Notes: generated by a model from the letters alone, not told the origin. 63,300 nucleotides of DNA, filler included, from Rhabdomonas costata (GCA_019059605.1; 57 parts of 57 records of this genome joined end to end with filler, not necessarily neighbours in it), one strand, 5' to 3'; shown: positions 1 through 12,582, counted from the whole stretch's first letter. Translations and numbers: made by a program.

Positions 1-188
1 GTGTGTGGGAATGGGTACACGCATCGCCTTTGTGTTTCAAGGGGATTTCAGAATGGGCTTTGCCCAATTTGACGCAGATTTTTTTCTGATCTGGTTTGAA
101 CTTCGTTTCCCTTCGTTTTATATGCACAGACTGCACTGAAACTGAGACCTCACTCACTCTTGCTTGTCGGCATGCCATTGCTGCGCAG

Positions 189-307
189 CTATTATGGCAG
201 CGACTGCACCGGAACTTGCTCGCCCAGTGCCTCCAACCCCTGCTACGGCCACGGGTTGTGCAGCACCAGGACAGGGGCCTGCACCTGCTACCGCAATTCC
301 ACCGCAG
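189..307 (+). CDS. Internal exon, EGF-like (laminin/tenascin-type) cysteine-rich domain
   Basis: cag|...|GTGCGT; reads YYGSDCTGTCSPSASNPCYGHGLCSTRTGACTCYRNSTAG, with CxGHGxC and GxCxC EGF spacing. Confidence 0.8.
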
Positions 308-1012
308 GTGCGTTCCTTTCTTTGTGTTTGTGTTGTTCTGATTTCAGTGCTTCCCGCCTTCGCACCGCTGCACTCCAGACCCAGAAGCGGGGCCGTTGCC
401 ATTAATTGCTCCCCGGCAAAGTGGATACATGCGCTGGAGCGGTTACCGCTTGCGCCATAGTTGGCCCGGCAATAGATTGGGGATTCTCTGTTGGGGAATT
501 GTTTGCCGGGTGGTGCCGGGTTAGTGCAGTGGAGAGGCCAGCTTTCTCTATTTTGTGTCCCACCACCACATAGACCTTTTCTCCTTCTCGCCCTCCCGGG
601 CTCTGTGCCCACATTGAATTTCATGGCTGCGATTGGGCAATTGTGCAGCAGCAGCATTACAAGCGAGTACTGTTTTTCTTAAAGAAAAAGGAATTCCTCT
701 CGACTAAGAAACGTGACAGGGAGAATGTGAAGGGGAGTATTTTCGTGGATTTTCTCATTGAAGAAAATGAGAGTGTCTTCTTGTTCTCGCTCCCTTCCAT
801 TTCGTAATCATTGTGTTCAAATCCTTCATTGCTAATCAAACGCAACACTTCTCCCTGCATTCCCGACAGCACTTCACCTTTTCTTTTTCTTGCATCGAAG
901 CTTTCCTTTTAAAAACACGAAAAGCACCTTTCATCCCCAAAAGCTTTGCATTGCGGGGCTGGTCCTGCACAAAACACACAACAGCGAAGGAGAGGGTAGA
1001 GGCAGGGGGCAC

Positions 1013-1112
1013 NNNNNNNNNNNNNNNNNNNNNNNNNNNNNNNNNNNNNNNNNNNNTTAATTAATTAANNNNNNNNNNNNNNNNNNNNNNNNNNNNNNNN
1101 NNNNNNNNNNNN
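1013..1112. other. Artificial contig spacer (N44-TTAATTAATTAA-N44), recurring about every 1.11 kb (about 56 copies)
   Basis: Identical 100-nt block with stops in all six frames between every ~1.01-kb segment. Confidence 0.99.
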
Positions 1113-1463
1113 TGCTGGGATGGTGAACCACAAACCCGTAGACACGTTTATCGCCCTGTTACCCCGTGCAATTGGATTAAGGAAGAGCTGCCTCTGAATC
1201 ATCCTGAGAAGGGGGTGCCACCTTGATATTCCTTATTGGGCCACATCAATATTAGTATATGGTGCCAGTATAGGGCCTACTGGCATGACTGCTGGCTTGC
1301 CACACTTCTCTCCTTGCTAATGTTATGCCATGGTAGGTATTCCGTGTGTGTCGGAGGGGTTGCTATTGGCGACTCACCACCATTTTTCATGCCCGAGTGC
1401 CATGCACACAGCCACCCGTACCGCACCCGCAGCCTCCCTTTATGGCTCGCTGCTCATCTTCAG

Positions 1464-1611
1464 TGGGCGGACGGGATGGGGACAGGATGTCGCGGCGGAG
1501 ACTACGGTGGACGTAAAGGGGAGCAAGCAGATCGTGCTGCGCAGCTTTGCTGTCCCCGCGGATACCTCCCTGGCGGTGGCCGTAGCCAGGCACGAGGAGG
1601 CCCAGAAACAG
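1464..1611 (+). CDS. Probable internal exon, unknown protein
   Basis: Pyrimidine tract plus CAG acceptor, GC-rich codons (GRTGWGQDVAAETTVDVKGSKQIVLRSFAVPADTSLAVAVARHEEAQKQ); 3' end uncertain, candidate GC donor. Confidence 0.4.
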
Positions 1612-1757
1612 GCATTTCAACGCCCAAAGCGGAACCTCTCCCGCACCGTGACAAGCTTTCGCTTTTTAGAATTATCTTGTTTGCTGCTTGGAATCGCATC
1701 CGCCTCCCACACCAAAATTATTCCGGCATTACTTTAGAATTGTACCCACGGCCAGGA

Positions 1758-1797
1758 ACCCTAACCCTAACCCTAACCGTAACCCTAACCCTAACCC
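1758..1797 (+). repeat. Interstitial telomere-like (CCCTAA)n tract; related tracts at ~15590-15624 and ~47708-47723
   Basis: About six CCCTAA units with one CCGTAA variant. Confidence 0.9.
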
Positions 1798-3338
1798 CCA
1801 AAGGTAACGTCAAAGTAGCCGACAATAATCTTGTACTTTTCCATCCACTTTCTTCGCTTCTTGTCATCTCCAACAATTTCCAAAATATCATAAAGCGTAA
1901 GCATCTCAAAAAAGAACCTGAAGACAGAGGTGGGTTCAATTCTAAAGTAACGCCATTATTCCTTTGTGTTGTGCATTGTGGTGAAAGGATGTCCTTTTTA
2001 ATTGGGAACCGCCCTTTGCACGTATACAACGCCCACCACACCGCAGTGTAATGCACTTAGCACAGCATAGTGGCTACCTCACTCACTTGCTGACTCAGAG
2101 GTTTGCACAACGCAGACCACACCACNNNNNNNNNNNNNNNNNNNNNNNNNNNNNNNNNNNNNNNNNNNNTTAATTAATTAANNNNNNNNNNNNNNNNNNN
2201 NNNNNNNNNNNNNNNNNNNNNNNNNGTGGTGGGTGTGTTTGGGTTGTTGTTTACTATGAGGTTGAGACTTATCGGCATCCCGTCTAGGCGGGTACACCCG
2301 ATGAAATATCGTTCTTCTTGTTGTGTTTGTTTGTGTAGAAACAAATGTACAAATATCTTTTCTTGACTAAGGCCTGCAGGACGCGCCGCCCTGTTTGCAC
2401 TATTGGCACCCCGTTTGTGCGGGCGCGGTGGGACAATCAACAGTGTTCTTTTGTTTCATCTGTATCTGCATAGTGTATAGGCGTACACGGCAGTGCGGTG
2501 CGTGTGTGTCCCCCTTCGAGGCTCGATTCCCGTAGGGGGCCGGTGCTGTCAATGATTGAAGCTGGAAGGCAAAGCGAATAAACTCTGAGTAAATCTAAGC
2601 AATTTTTTTTTGAAAATAAAGGAGACTTATGATACTACTACTACTACTACTACTAGACATTCACAAGCAAGGCACCAAGCAGAGTTTTTAGGTTCATGAA
2701 GGTTTTCACTTGCAACTTTCCATTAAATGCCGCGTAATTTCTTTGTGTTTTTCTCAATCACTGTGTGTTTTCTGTTTGTTTGAGATTCTTGACGGAAGAT
2801 TTTGCTGCCACCTGACAAAAAGCGAAGGAACGGTGCAGGGGCGATTATAGCAGGGCTGCAACATATGCTGCGATCCACCTTGCACAAGAGCTTGGGTCCA
2901 GGCTGAGAACACCGGCGGCCAAGAAGCAGAAGCAGATTCCCAACTTTTTCACCCCAATTCCGCTGTTCTCGATGGACGACTTTGCTTTGTGGGTTGAAAA
3001 TTCACTTGCTTAAGCGGTAATTTGGAAATCAGTGTTTTGCAAATTCTCCCCTTGTTCCCGCTTTGTACACACCAAGCCCTCCAACACGACCAGCCCTCCA
3101 CCCGCGAATGCATTGCCCAACTCCCCACACGCACCTCCTCCACGACACACAGCAAGCCCTCACCCTCGAACTCCGCACGCACCGACACCCAGCGCACCAC
3201 ACCATGCATCAACTCTAGACGCACCAGCACACAAAACANNNNNNNNNNNNNNNNNNNNNNNNNNNNNNNNNNNNNNNNNNNNTTAATTAATTAANNNNNN
3301 NNNNNNNNNNNNNNNNNNNNNNNNNNNNNNNNNNNNNN

Positions 3339-4351
3339 GTTGGGTGTTGGAGACCGAACTGACCACGCTGACGCGGGAAAGCCGGGACAGGCTGAAGGTG
3401 GACGGGGAGGGTTTGGGGGTGCGAAAGAGCCTGCTGTGGACATCCAAGTGGCGCGGCGACGATGCGGCGGTGGGTGGGGGCATGATGAGCTCCATTGAGG
3501 AAAAGGTCTCGGTGTTGGTGGGAAAGGTGAAGGAGACGGTGGTGCCCACGTCGGGCGCGCTGGTCAAAGTGATGGTGCCCCTGCGAATGGCAGCAGAATG
3601 AGAAGAAAGAGAGAGAGAAGACACTGGAGCTTCCAGAAATGGGACTCAGTCGTCAATACAAACTACCAACCGCAACACGCAATATACGGACACGATCTCG
3701 TCCTAGTGTCCATAACCACTTCAACCGTGTGCCGGGTGGGTATAGCACTGGCTGTTGTCTGAACGGATATTAGTGACTGTTACAGACTGACGGGCGCACA
3801 CAATCTTCCCCGAGGGTGTCTGTGTAAGACAGGAATGTCCCACAACTCCCTTTCCGTCCGGCAGATTTTAGTTGCACGAAATGCTCTTTCAGCACGCCAT
3901 TTGTCCGCCATTTTTTTCCAAACACAGCAAGCGTCACCGCGCCCCTCATTCGCCACACCCCAGACAATCTCAACTGATTGCGAGAGAAACGCCCACCAGC
4001 GGTAGGCCTGGGCTGCTCAAAAAAAAACAGACTCATGAAGACACGAGTTGAGCTTTTGCTCCAAGTTTTGTGGACGAACAGGAACACAACGGCGATTTGG
4101 GTACGGCAGAAAAACAGAAGCAGCAAGTCGAGGGAAGAAGGGGGTGCACACCCCATCAGCTCAACAAGCAGCTTCGATAGGCAAAGCCCAAGTCCACACC
4201 CAGGCGCCGCACGGCTGTTCGGGCACACACAGTGAACACGTGTGAACGGCTGGAACAGCTTGTGCTGCTCCTCCTCCGCGATGCCGCACCCGTTGTCCTC
4301 AACCGTAACCCGAAGCATCGCCTCGCTTTCTCTGCTGAAAACTACCCGCAC
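3339..4351 (-). CDS. Histidine kinase HATPase_c domain fragment; exons 4351-4152 and 3580-3339
   Basis: VEDNGCGI (G1 box), LFQPF (F box), GCGLGLCLSKLLVELMG|GTITLTSAPDVGTTVSFTFP (G2 box); GTGTGC...CAG intron 4151-3581 joins in frame. Confidence 0.92.
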
Positions 4352-4749
4352 NNNNNNNNNNNNNNNNNNNNNNNNNNNNNNNNNNNNNNNNNNNNTTAAT
4401 TAATTAANNNNNNNNNNNNNNNNNNNNNNNNNNNNNNNNNNNNNNNNNNNNGACGGTTGCGTTGTACATCACTTGTGTAGGTAAAAGGGGCTGCGTCTCA
4501 GTAGTAGTTAGCTGGGAACGGCTGGGCGGAACGCTCCCCCACTGGAGGGGATTGCTCCCTGACAGACGGTGCAAAATCACTTGCTGCTGAGTCGGAGGAT
4601 TCGGAGGCTGGTCCACTGTTAGGTTCAAAGATTTCCGGTCCCATTGGTTGTTCCACTTGCGGAGGTGGCATTTGATCTATCCTTTGATCGTCGGATGGCG
4701 GCGGCGACAGTCCGGGTTGAAATGGACTGCCATGGCTGATGGAAACACA

Positions 4750-4960
4750 AGACGGACACCCGGACAAAGCCGGTCGCACCAAGATGGGTACGTTAGCGAC
4801 TCTGACTGACATCAACTGCTTCAGACGCTTACGAGGTAGTTGCATTTCAGTTACCAGGATTCGCTCATGAAGCAATCTGAAGCTCCTGAATCCAACAGAG
4901 CGGGCACTGCATGTTTCAGTAGTGGCATCGGCGGTGGGGGGGTCTTATCCTTCTTCAATG
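4750..4960 (-). mobile_element. Degenerate Ty3/gypsy aspartic protease remnant (frameshifted)
   Basis: ALLDSGASDCFMS, then a frameshift to LVTEMQLPRKRLKQLMSVRVAN; matches the protease copies at ~16.0 kb and ~62.0 kb. Confidence 0.75.
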
Positions 4961-5710
4961 GAAACTTCAACGTCGTGGACCACCCTCTCAGGAAACAAAG
5001 CCGTCAGCGTTAGTTCTTTGGGAAGAAAACCGGTATTTGTTGCAAAAGAAAAGGGGGGTTGGGAAAGGAAGAATAATCCGGTCAATCTCCCAGCGTTAAC
5101 TGCTCAAAACGTTGCTCCCTACGCTTGTCTTCTGTCTGTGTGACTCATGCACCTCACCGTTATCACTCCTACTTACCATACTGGTACTACTACCCTTCAC
5201 TGGCGGTCGCAAAACACATCCGTCAGTGCCGGCTTCCTGTGCTGTTTCGCTGTCCGCAACACACGTGGCAGCGTCGTAGCATCGCCCAGAAGAGACAACG
5301 ACAGCATTGCACGTGACGGTGGCTCCGGATGGCTTCCAGGCTTTGATCCCACGACTGCGCATTGCACTTCGGTCGGGGGTCTGTCTTCTGCGGGTTACTA
5401 CTACTGTACTCACCTGCTGACAGCATCGCACGTGACAGCAGGTGAGTACAGTAGTAGTAACCCANNNNNNNNNNNNNNNNNNNNNNNNNNNNNNNNNNNN
5501 NNNNNNNNTTAATTAATTAANNNNNNNNNNNNNNNNNNNNNNNNNNNNNNNNNNNNNNNNNNNNGGGGTTTTGTGAACATCTTTCTTTTCACGGGATGCC
5601 ATATTGCATACTCCGCTTTTCCACTTTTGTCACAAAAGATTCTCTTTTCAACTATCAGCATTCCCTGTACGGCATATTCGCTTTTGCCCTCCAATAACTT
5701 CCGTTTGCAG

Positions 5711-6407
5711 CTCTGGAGTATCTCAGTCGATAGTCCAGGCGTGGTACAACATTAGCACACTGTACCAGAAGAACGTCCCCAACCTCTTCACGGCCACCCT
5801 GTTCGCCTACAACTCTCTAAACGGGACCTACGCCACGGCCTGCCTGGCCAACACCACCACGGGCCGGTCCTCCCAGTGCTATATGGGTGCGGACTTTCCC
5901 TACCGGACTTCCTATACCGCGGACCTTCCCGATCAGCCCATATGCCAGTGGGACAACACGGTCTCTTTTATGTACTTGGTGGGCATACCCGATGCAACGC
6001 TGAGCTGCTGGGTCCCCTTCGTCGACCGCAACGCTCTGTTTATAATCGAGACCACCGCCAACGTCTACACCATCAGCAGCCTGTTGCTCTCGCTGCTTTC
6101 GGCGGCGGGGGACCGACTGTTCCTGATCTACCGCACCGTCGAGGGGCCGATGGTGGGGGCCTCGCACGGAAAGTTCTTCTCGCACTCCGACATGGACTTC
6201 AACCAGGTCAACCCAATTACGAATCCGCCTCCCATCAGTGAGTTTCGGCTGTACACCGCGGAGAACTCCACGGATGCAACAATCCAAGGTTCCGCAAAAT
6301 GGCTGATGCAGCGGTACCACCGCTGGGACGCCGTGCCCGAGCTGAACGCCACCCTGGAGCTTTCGACGGGCAGCTTTTGGATACGCTCGGTGTACATCTC
6401 CTCAACA
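5711..6407 (+). CDS. Large internal exon, probable extracellular Cache-like sensor domain of a receptor (cyclase or kinase) protein
   Basis: TTTGCAG acceptor, GTGTGT donor, strong GC3 bias, several NxS/T sequons, segment ISSLLLSLLSAAGDRLFLIYRTVEGPMVGASHG resembling Cache domains. Confidence 0.6.
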
Positions 6408-6677
6408 GTGTGTTCGCGTGGCTGAGAGGGAATACTCGTGTGCTGCACCAACATTATAATGTATTCCACATGTTCTCGGATATTCTATCGGACATTCTCT
6501 CCCTACTCTGCGCTCTACCACTCAAGTGTCGCAGATATCCCAGAGCTTCGTACCGATTTCTGCGGCGCCATTGGACTNNNNNNNNNNNNNNNNNNNNNNN
6601 NNNNNNNNNNNNNNNNNNNNNTTAATTAATTAANNNNNNNNNNNNNNNNNNNNNNNNNNNNNNNNNNNNNNNNNNNN

Positions 6678-7690
6678 GGTTTGGTAGAGCACGCTCCAGA
6701 GCCTTGACAATCGAAACATTACGGGCTGCAGGCGCGGTCTCCTCCTCTGCCGGAACTGCGGCAGGGCGCCGGTCACTGCGCAAGGGAAGCCGCTCAAGCC
6801 GAGGCTGCCTCACGTCCGATTTCTCGGCCATCCAAAGCAGTGCCTGCCGGCGCACTCTGTCCACCCGAAATCCTCGAAGGATGGGCCCAAATGGCCCTTG
6901 CTCCACCAAAGCCGCAGAGCGACCTAAGCTGCACAACCGAGACCACAAGTCCTTGACCTGCAAAACCAGAGCACCGGTCGTGGAAAGGTCTGGCTGAAGA
7001 ACGCTGATGGGAGCGGGACACAAAGCTCTTTCCCCAAGCAAGCAGTCAGTCGTGTCCCCAAGCCGTGCCCCCAAATGAACGACCATTCGCTGCGCGGTCG
7101 AAACAAGGCGCTCCTCCTGGCCGCGGAGAATTTCCTCGATTGTGTAGGAAAGATCGTCGGGTTCCAGAATAGGCAAAATGTGCACCAGCTCTGTGGTGCC
7201 GTCAATGCTAAGAATGGAAAGGGCGTGCTCAACGTTCTGGCCCTGCTCCCGAGCGTGTCGTATTTCAGGGCATTCCTCCAGCTGCTCCACAAGATCTCGC
7301 AAGACACTCCAGGAAGCTGAGAGATGTTCAAATCGATTGCGAAGTTCTTCGGCGATGACCCCATCGATGGTCCTCAAATGCTGCAGAGCTTGGTCAATCG
7401 TAAACGACAGAGCTTGCTCATTTGACAAGCGGTAAGCCAGAGCCCTGTGAAGAGCGGCCTGGAAGGAGGAGGCCGAGGCCAAATGGCGGTAGGCTTCCAC
7501 GCGACGGTCCCCCCACAACGCGTTGAGCAACGCATCGCCATCCTCGCCATCTCTCACAGCGCTGGCGTTGGATCGAAGTTTCGCAGCGTACTCATCGAAT
7601 GCCGTGGGTGGAGCAATGATTCCCATTCCCAAACCCGAAGAAGCCCTGGCCTCACTCACTTTTCCGACCAAGAGGTACCGAGGATCAAGC
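6678..7690 (-). CDS. Contig-spanning ORF fragment of a large helical protein, function unknown (weak resemblance to RNF213-like C-terminal region)
   Basis: More than 330 codons uninterrupted across the contig with protein-like composition. Confidence 0.6.
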
Positions 7691-8903
7691 NNNNNNNNNN
7701 NNNNNNNNNNNNNNNNNNNNNNNNNNNNNNNNNNTTAATTAATTAANNNNNNNNNNNNNNNNNNNNNNNNNNNNNNNNNNNNNNNNNNNNGGCAACATGG
7801 ACATGGACAGCGAGTTACATCGTGCGAAAACTAAGGCGGAAAAAAAGTAGCGTACATTGTACTCGGCCGTTGCTTTCAGCAATGAGGCGAGCAGCACGCC
7901 TTACGCCTTGATGTCAGGTCATTTAATGTGAGTGCGAGGTCAGGCGGCACGGTACGCTAAAAAACGGTGACACCCCATCGGGGAGATCCTCCAAAGTTTT
8001 CACATCGAGTGTACACTTTCTGGGACAACCGTTTAACATTGTTTCGTGTAATGTTGCTGTGACAATGGTCCCGTGACTCGGAGGTGGTGGGTTGAGCCCT
8101 GCCATTTGCCCGGCTGTTTTTGTGGCGTTTGGAGGGCTTCCCCCGACTGTTCTGGTAAGTCCTTGTTTCAGGTTTTTACATCAAAAACATCATCATCATA
8201 AACAAAGCGTTATAATTTAACAACGAAAAGAGCATAAACTCCAGCGTTTTATCCAACCAACATCCATCAAAGTGCTCCTTGAAGTTAGTTATGCTTGCAG
8301 ATTTATACTTTTACTGAGCATTCGGACATTTTGTACTGTCCCTGTTCACCATACGTAAGAAAAATGGAAACTGCCTTTTGCCCCTTGTTGTCGAAAGATC
8401 CTATACTTCTAATCTGGCAAGGGTTTTGTAAACACCCCAATATAGGTAATTTTTCGCGAAGCTTGTTGACTGTGGGACTGTGCGTTGTAGGGGATGATGA
8501 GAATTCAAAAGCTCGTGGGCGACCTACCACGGCTTGCTGACGTGCGCGGTTTCCTTACCCTGCTCACCGCCGCCGCGACACTTCCCAGTTTTGCCGCAGT
8601 GAAATCTGGGATCACGCCAAAGCAGCGGGGCCCGACCGTCCCTAAGTCAAGCCAGTCCCCGTGGGACCGCATCAGGTGACGCGAAAAGATGGTTTGGGTT
8701 CGCGGCAGTTGCTGTAAACTCTGCAACTGAATGGAGACGTTAATAAGTGAATCGACCGTTGTGGCTGGTGTTCCTTTTTTGTGACAAATACCAGGACAAC
8801 CACNNNNNNNNNNNNNNNNNNNNNNNNNNNNNNNNNNNNNNNNNNNNTTAATTAATTAANNNNNNNNNNNNNNNNNNNNNNNNNNNNNNNNNNNNNNNNN
8901 NNN

Positions 8904-9835
8904 GTGTTGGGTGGTGACTGCATCTCATGGCATAACGCACAGACCTCACTCTGCAAGGCCTTCTGAAGCGCCTGCAGAGCTTCTTGGGATGGGTCTCGAT
9001 CTTCTAGTGAAGGAGAAGAGGCCGGTTGCAGATCTGCAACTGGAGAATCCTCTCCTCCACTCTTTTCGCTCTCCCCGGCAGACAGCAAGCCTTGAAACCC
9101 CACAGTGTTTTCGAGCTTCATCTGCTGGGCACGCATTTGCTCCATCAGCTGCTTTTGCCTTTCACGGGCTTTCATCTTGAGAGCATCCATCTGCCTGTTC
9201 TGGGAGGTGCTGGGAGATGCAGTTGGTTGGGCCTGCTTGCGTGCTTCCGCAAGCTCAGCGGCACATTCCGGACTCGCGGCGGCCACCGCTTGGAGAACTC
9301 GCTCGAGGGTAGCCCGAAAGTCAGTCGCCTCGGCGACCTTCTGAAGCCCCACCAGCAGCTTTAGAGTCGAGGTAGGAGGCTTCCCTTTGTACTCCACTGG
9401 GTGCCTTATGTTCACTGTCAGATCCCAGTGATGAGGTAATGGCAGTGGATAGGTCGAGGACGCACAAGTTCGCAGACGAGCATAGAATTTCTCCTCCAGA
9501 CTCACCATCACGTGCCCGCTTTGCTCCTCCCTCAGAGCTCGGTACTCAGATAAAGTCCTTACTGTTAGCTCAATCACGTCCAAAGCCACTGCGGGAAAGG
9601 AGTCGCTGAACGTCCCCGCCTTGTTGACCCAGTTGTGAAGCATGCAAAATGCCAAACTGTGAATAATCTCGCAATGTAAAAGCCCTAGCAAGGGCCGGAA
9701 CAAGGCGGAGGGCGAGGAAGGGGAGCAGACTGGAGGATGCCCAGCTCCAGGGGAAGAGGCCCCACTGCTCTTGCGCCAGTTTGTGGTGACATTCTGAACG
9801 TCCAACCGACTCATCATGGGGTAGTACAAGTCCAC
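8904..9835 (-). CDS. UBR-family (N-end rule, UBR1/2/3-like) E3 ubiquitin ligase exon
   Basis: TTTGCAG acceptor; basic helix KARERQKQLMEQMRAQQMK followed by CALCHE (start of the RING-H2), the typical UBR1/2/3 arrangement. Confidence 0.8.
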
Positions 9836-10240
9836 CTGCAAAGCGAACCCGCAAGCAAGCGCGAGCGCACACATACTTTGGTATCGTCTTTTCCGCGGGG
9901 AAAAGACTACGGAAAANNNNNNNNNNNNNNNNNNNNNNNNNNNNNNNNNNNNNNNNNNNNTTAATTAATTAANNNNNNNNNNNNNNNNNNNNNNNNNNNN
10001 NNNNNNNNNNNNNNNNTTGCGCTTTTCCTATTTTGCGGCGCTGTATGCGTGCGCTTGTGTTGGGGGAAGGGGAGCGCGTTGCGCCTGGTCGCTTTGGAAA
10101 ATTTTGGGGGTGCCTGTGTGGGTCGGCCTTCTGGCACTGTACGCTGTTTTTATTCTCATTTTATCCCATGTCGCGTTTCTGTTTTTTCTTGCACTTTCCA
10201 GTTCGGTAAGCGGTTCTTGTCGCGCCTCGCTTCGTTTCAG

Positions 10241-10351
10241 GGCATTAACGATCTCCTGTGCACGCAGTGCGGGGTGAAGTGGAAGGGCTCGGAGTACTTT
10301 CTGCAGTTCATGGGGCGCCGCGGTGTGGGCTACCGCTCTTCTACGAGCTAA
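10241..10351 (+). CDS. Probable terminal exon containing a CxxC zinc-finger half-site
   Basis: TTTCAG|GINDLLCTQCGVKWKGSEYFLQFMGRRGVGYRSSTS*. Confidence 0.4.
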   Translation, partial: GINDLLCTQCGVKWKGSEYFLQFMGRRGVGYRSSTS

Positions 10352-11552
10352 ATGAGCAGCCCAAAAAGTCACCGCAAGTTCGGAGGGTTTGGATTGCTGT
10401 GTACCATTGAGTCCATTTTTTTTTGGTTTTGCATCGTATGCATTTTTCCCTTTTTGTTTTGATCCCAATCTTTCGGCGCCCGTTTTCGGTGGCAACCCGT
10501 CATTCGGACGGTGTCAAGGGGCGATGCTCGGATCTGCGATAGTGGTCCTTCCATTTTCGCCGACCGCCACCCCCTTCCACCAGCCCGCCGTGGTTTACTC
10601 CCCCAGGTGTATTCAACGGCTGCCCATGTGGGCGACACAATCCTTCAGTGGGGATGGCTGTGTGTGCGTTCTCTTTTTCTTCTCCTCCAAGCCTTTTCTC
10701 TTTTATACTGACACTTTCATCTTTCTCGCTGCCGTTTGCAGTGCAGAGCGGAATGCTGGGCTTGAGGTGGCCTGGGCTCTTTGCCTGTCCATTTTATGGA
10801 GGGGCACCGTGTGTGTGAGTGCGTGTGGGTGGGAGTGTTCATGTCCCTCTCTGCCATGCCCACGCCCTCGCGCAGTAACCGCGCTGGAGTGACCCCTACG
10901 TGCAGAGTTGTGCTCTTGGGTGAACTTTTCCACACCGTTCTTTTTTTTTGTGCAACAAAGAACGGGGATTGTGCAAGATGGCCCTTGCACCCCCTCCCCC
11001 TCCTTTCCGCACTCCAGTCCCCAACAAACNNNNNNNNNNNNNNNNNNNNNNNNNNNNNNNNNNNNNNNNNNNNTTAATTAATTAANNNNNNNNNNNNNNN
11101 NNNNNNNNNNNNNNNNNNNNNNNNNNNNNTGTGTGTTTGCATAATGAGACATCTGTGCCCACCACCCGGTGCACCACTCCTACCAGGTAACCCACCCCCC
11201 TTCTCTCCCTTTGAAATGATGGGCACAGATGTCTCATTATGCATACACACAGAAAAGCGCAAAGATATCTTCTTTTCACGTCAATCCCATGGGAGCATCC
11301 GCTGCGAAGTCTGTCGTTCTGTTTCTTCAGACGAGAGACATGTCACTCTTCTGCTTTCTGTTTTCATCGACATCACGCGCTGGGAAACCAAACCGGCTGT
11401 TATCCATCGGTGGCCGTTGCTGTGCGGAGCTCACCTGTCTGGGAAGGAATGCCGGCATTCTGGCAAATGAAAATACTCTTTCGGCGTTGCCTAACCCCTT
11501 TTTTGTGTTTTTGTTGGAATCGGTGGCCATCGTCATACCCTCCATTCCACAG

Positions 11553-12142
11553 GAGCAACTACCCCACTACCACGACGCTGCGGCTGCGGCACCTCCGATG
11601 TTCGCCCACCCTCCAGCCGCCTATCCGGTGCTCGTGACCCCTCCATCCAAACCGAATTCACCCATTTATTCGTTTTGTCCACATGTCCGCATTGGATTGT
11701 GGGGAACGGCTCGCTTTTGAGATACTCTATGTGGGAAAAGACCCTGTATCTTATGTTGGGTCCTCTGCCAGTCCACCGAAGTCAGGAGGAAGGCCACTTA
11801 TGATGGAAAAAGAAATGGCTAGGAAGGGACACAGTTAGGAATTCCACCCGGACCCATGAGGAGGGGAGAGGCCCTTTTTCATGTCATCGCTCCCCTTTTC
11901 AAGTTGTACAGCCTCGCGCACAATCCACGCACAATCCTGATCAATTTCACATTGCTGTGGTTCGTAGCGTGTCTGACCATCTCCCGCCATCTCCTCCTCC
12001 CAATACAGCCACCTATTCCTCCATCTCAGGTCTCTGCGGAGTACCAGTATGGGGGCATGGCGCCTTCCCACCCTTCCGCTCCACCGCCCGCAGTGCCGCC
12101 CCGGTACGCTGGGCATCCCTACCCCCACACTCCCCCCAAACC
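11553..12142 (+). CDS. Pro/Ala/Tyr-rich low-complexity protein; exons 11553-11627 and 12030-12142
   Basis: CAG acceptors and GT donor join in phase 0: EQLPHYHDAAAAAPPMFAHPPAAYP|VSAEYQYGGMAPSHPSAPPPAVPPRYAGHPYPH. Confidence 0.55.
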
Positions 12143-12582
12143 NNNNNNNNNNNNNNNNNNNNNNNNNNNNNNNNNNNNNNNNNNNNTTAATTAATTAANN
12201 NNNNNNNNNNNNNNNNNNNNNNNNNNNNNNNNNNNNNNNNNNGGTTATGAAAGCAGAATCCGAGAAGAGAAAAAATCGAAGGGAATGGGGACAGGAGGAT
12301 GTGGCTATCGTATTTGAAGAGCGAGTAAAAGTCTCACCGTTCCTCTCGATCTGATGCCAGGTGCGATGGTTACAGCTGAGGTGCAATAAGACACCAATCC
12401 TTCCACCTTCTGGATGCCGACAACCGCTCGCGGGTAAATGGATATAGCCTCCATGACGCCCCTCCTGATTCTCGTTCAATTAGCTGAAGTGAGCATCTGC
12501 AAAGAGAGGTGAGAGGAAAAAGGCGCCAAAAGGGAGGCAAGCAAAGACAAGGGTGGTGATGTTGTTGTTGGTGGGAGCATGC

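Noticed and set aside
2510-2542. tRNA T-loop/B-box-like GGCTCGATTCCC in a small hairpin (similar motif near 46533-46550)
   Set aside because: No D arm, anticodon arm or acceptor stem can be built
2581-2612. AACTCTGAGT...TTTTTTTTTG, loosely like a euglenid spliced-leader exon
   Set aside because: The middle does not match, and no GT donor or Sm-site structure follows
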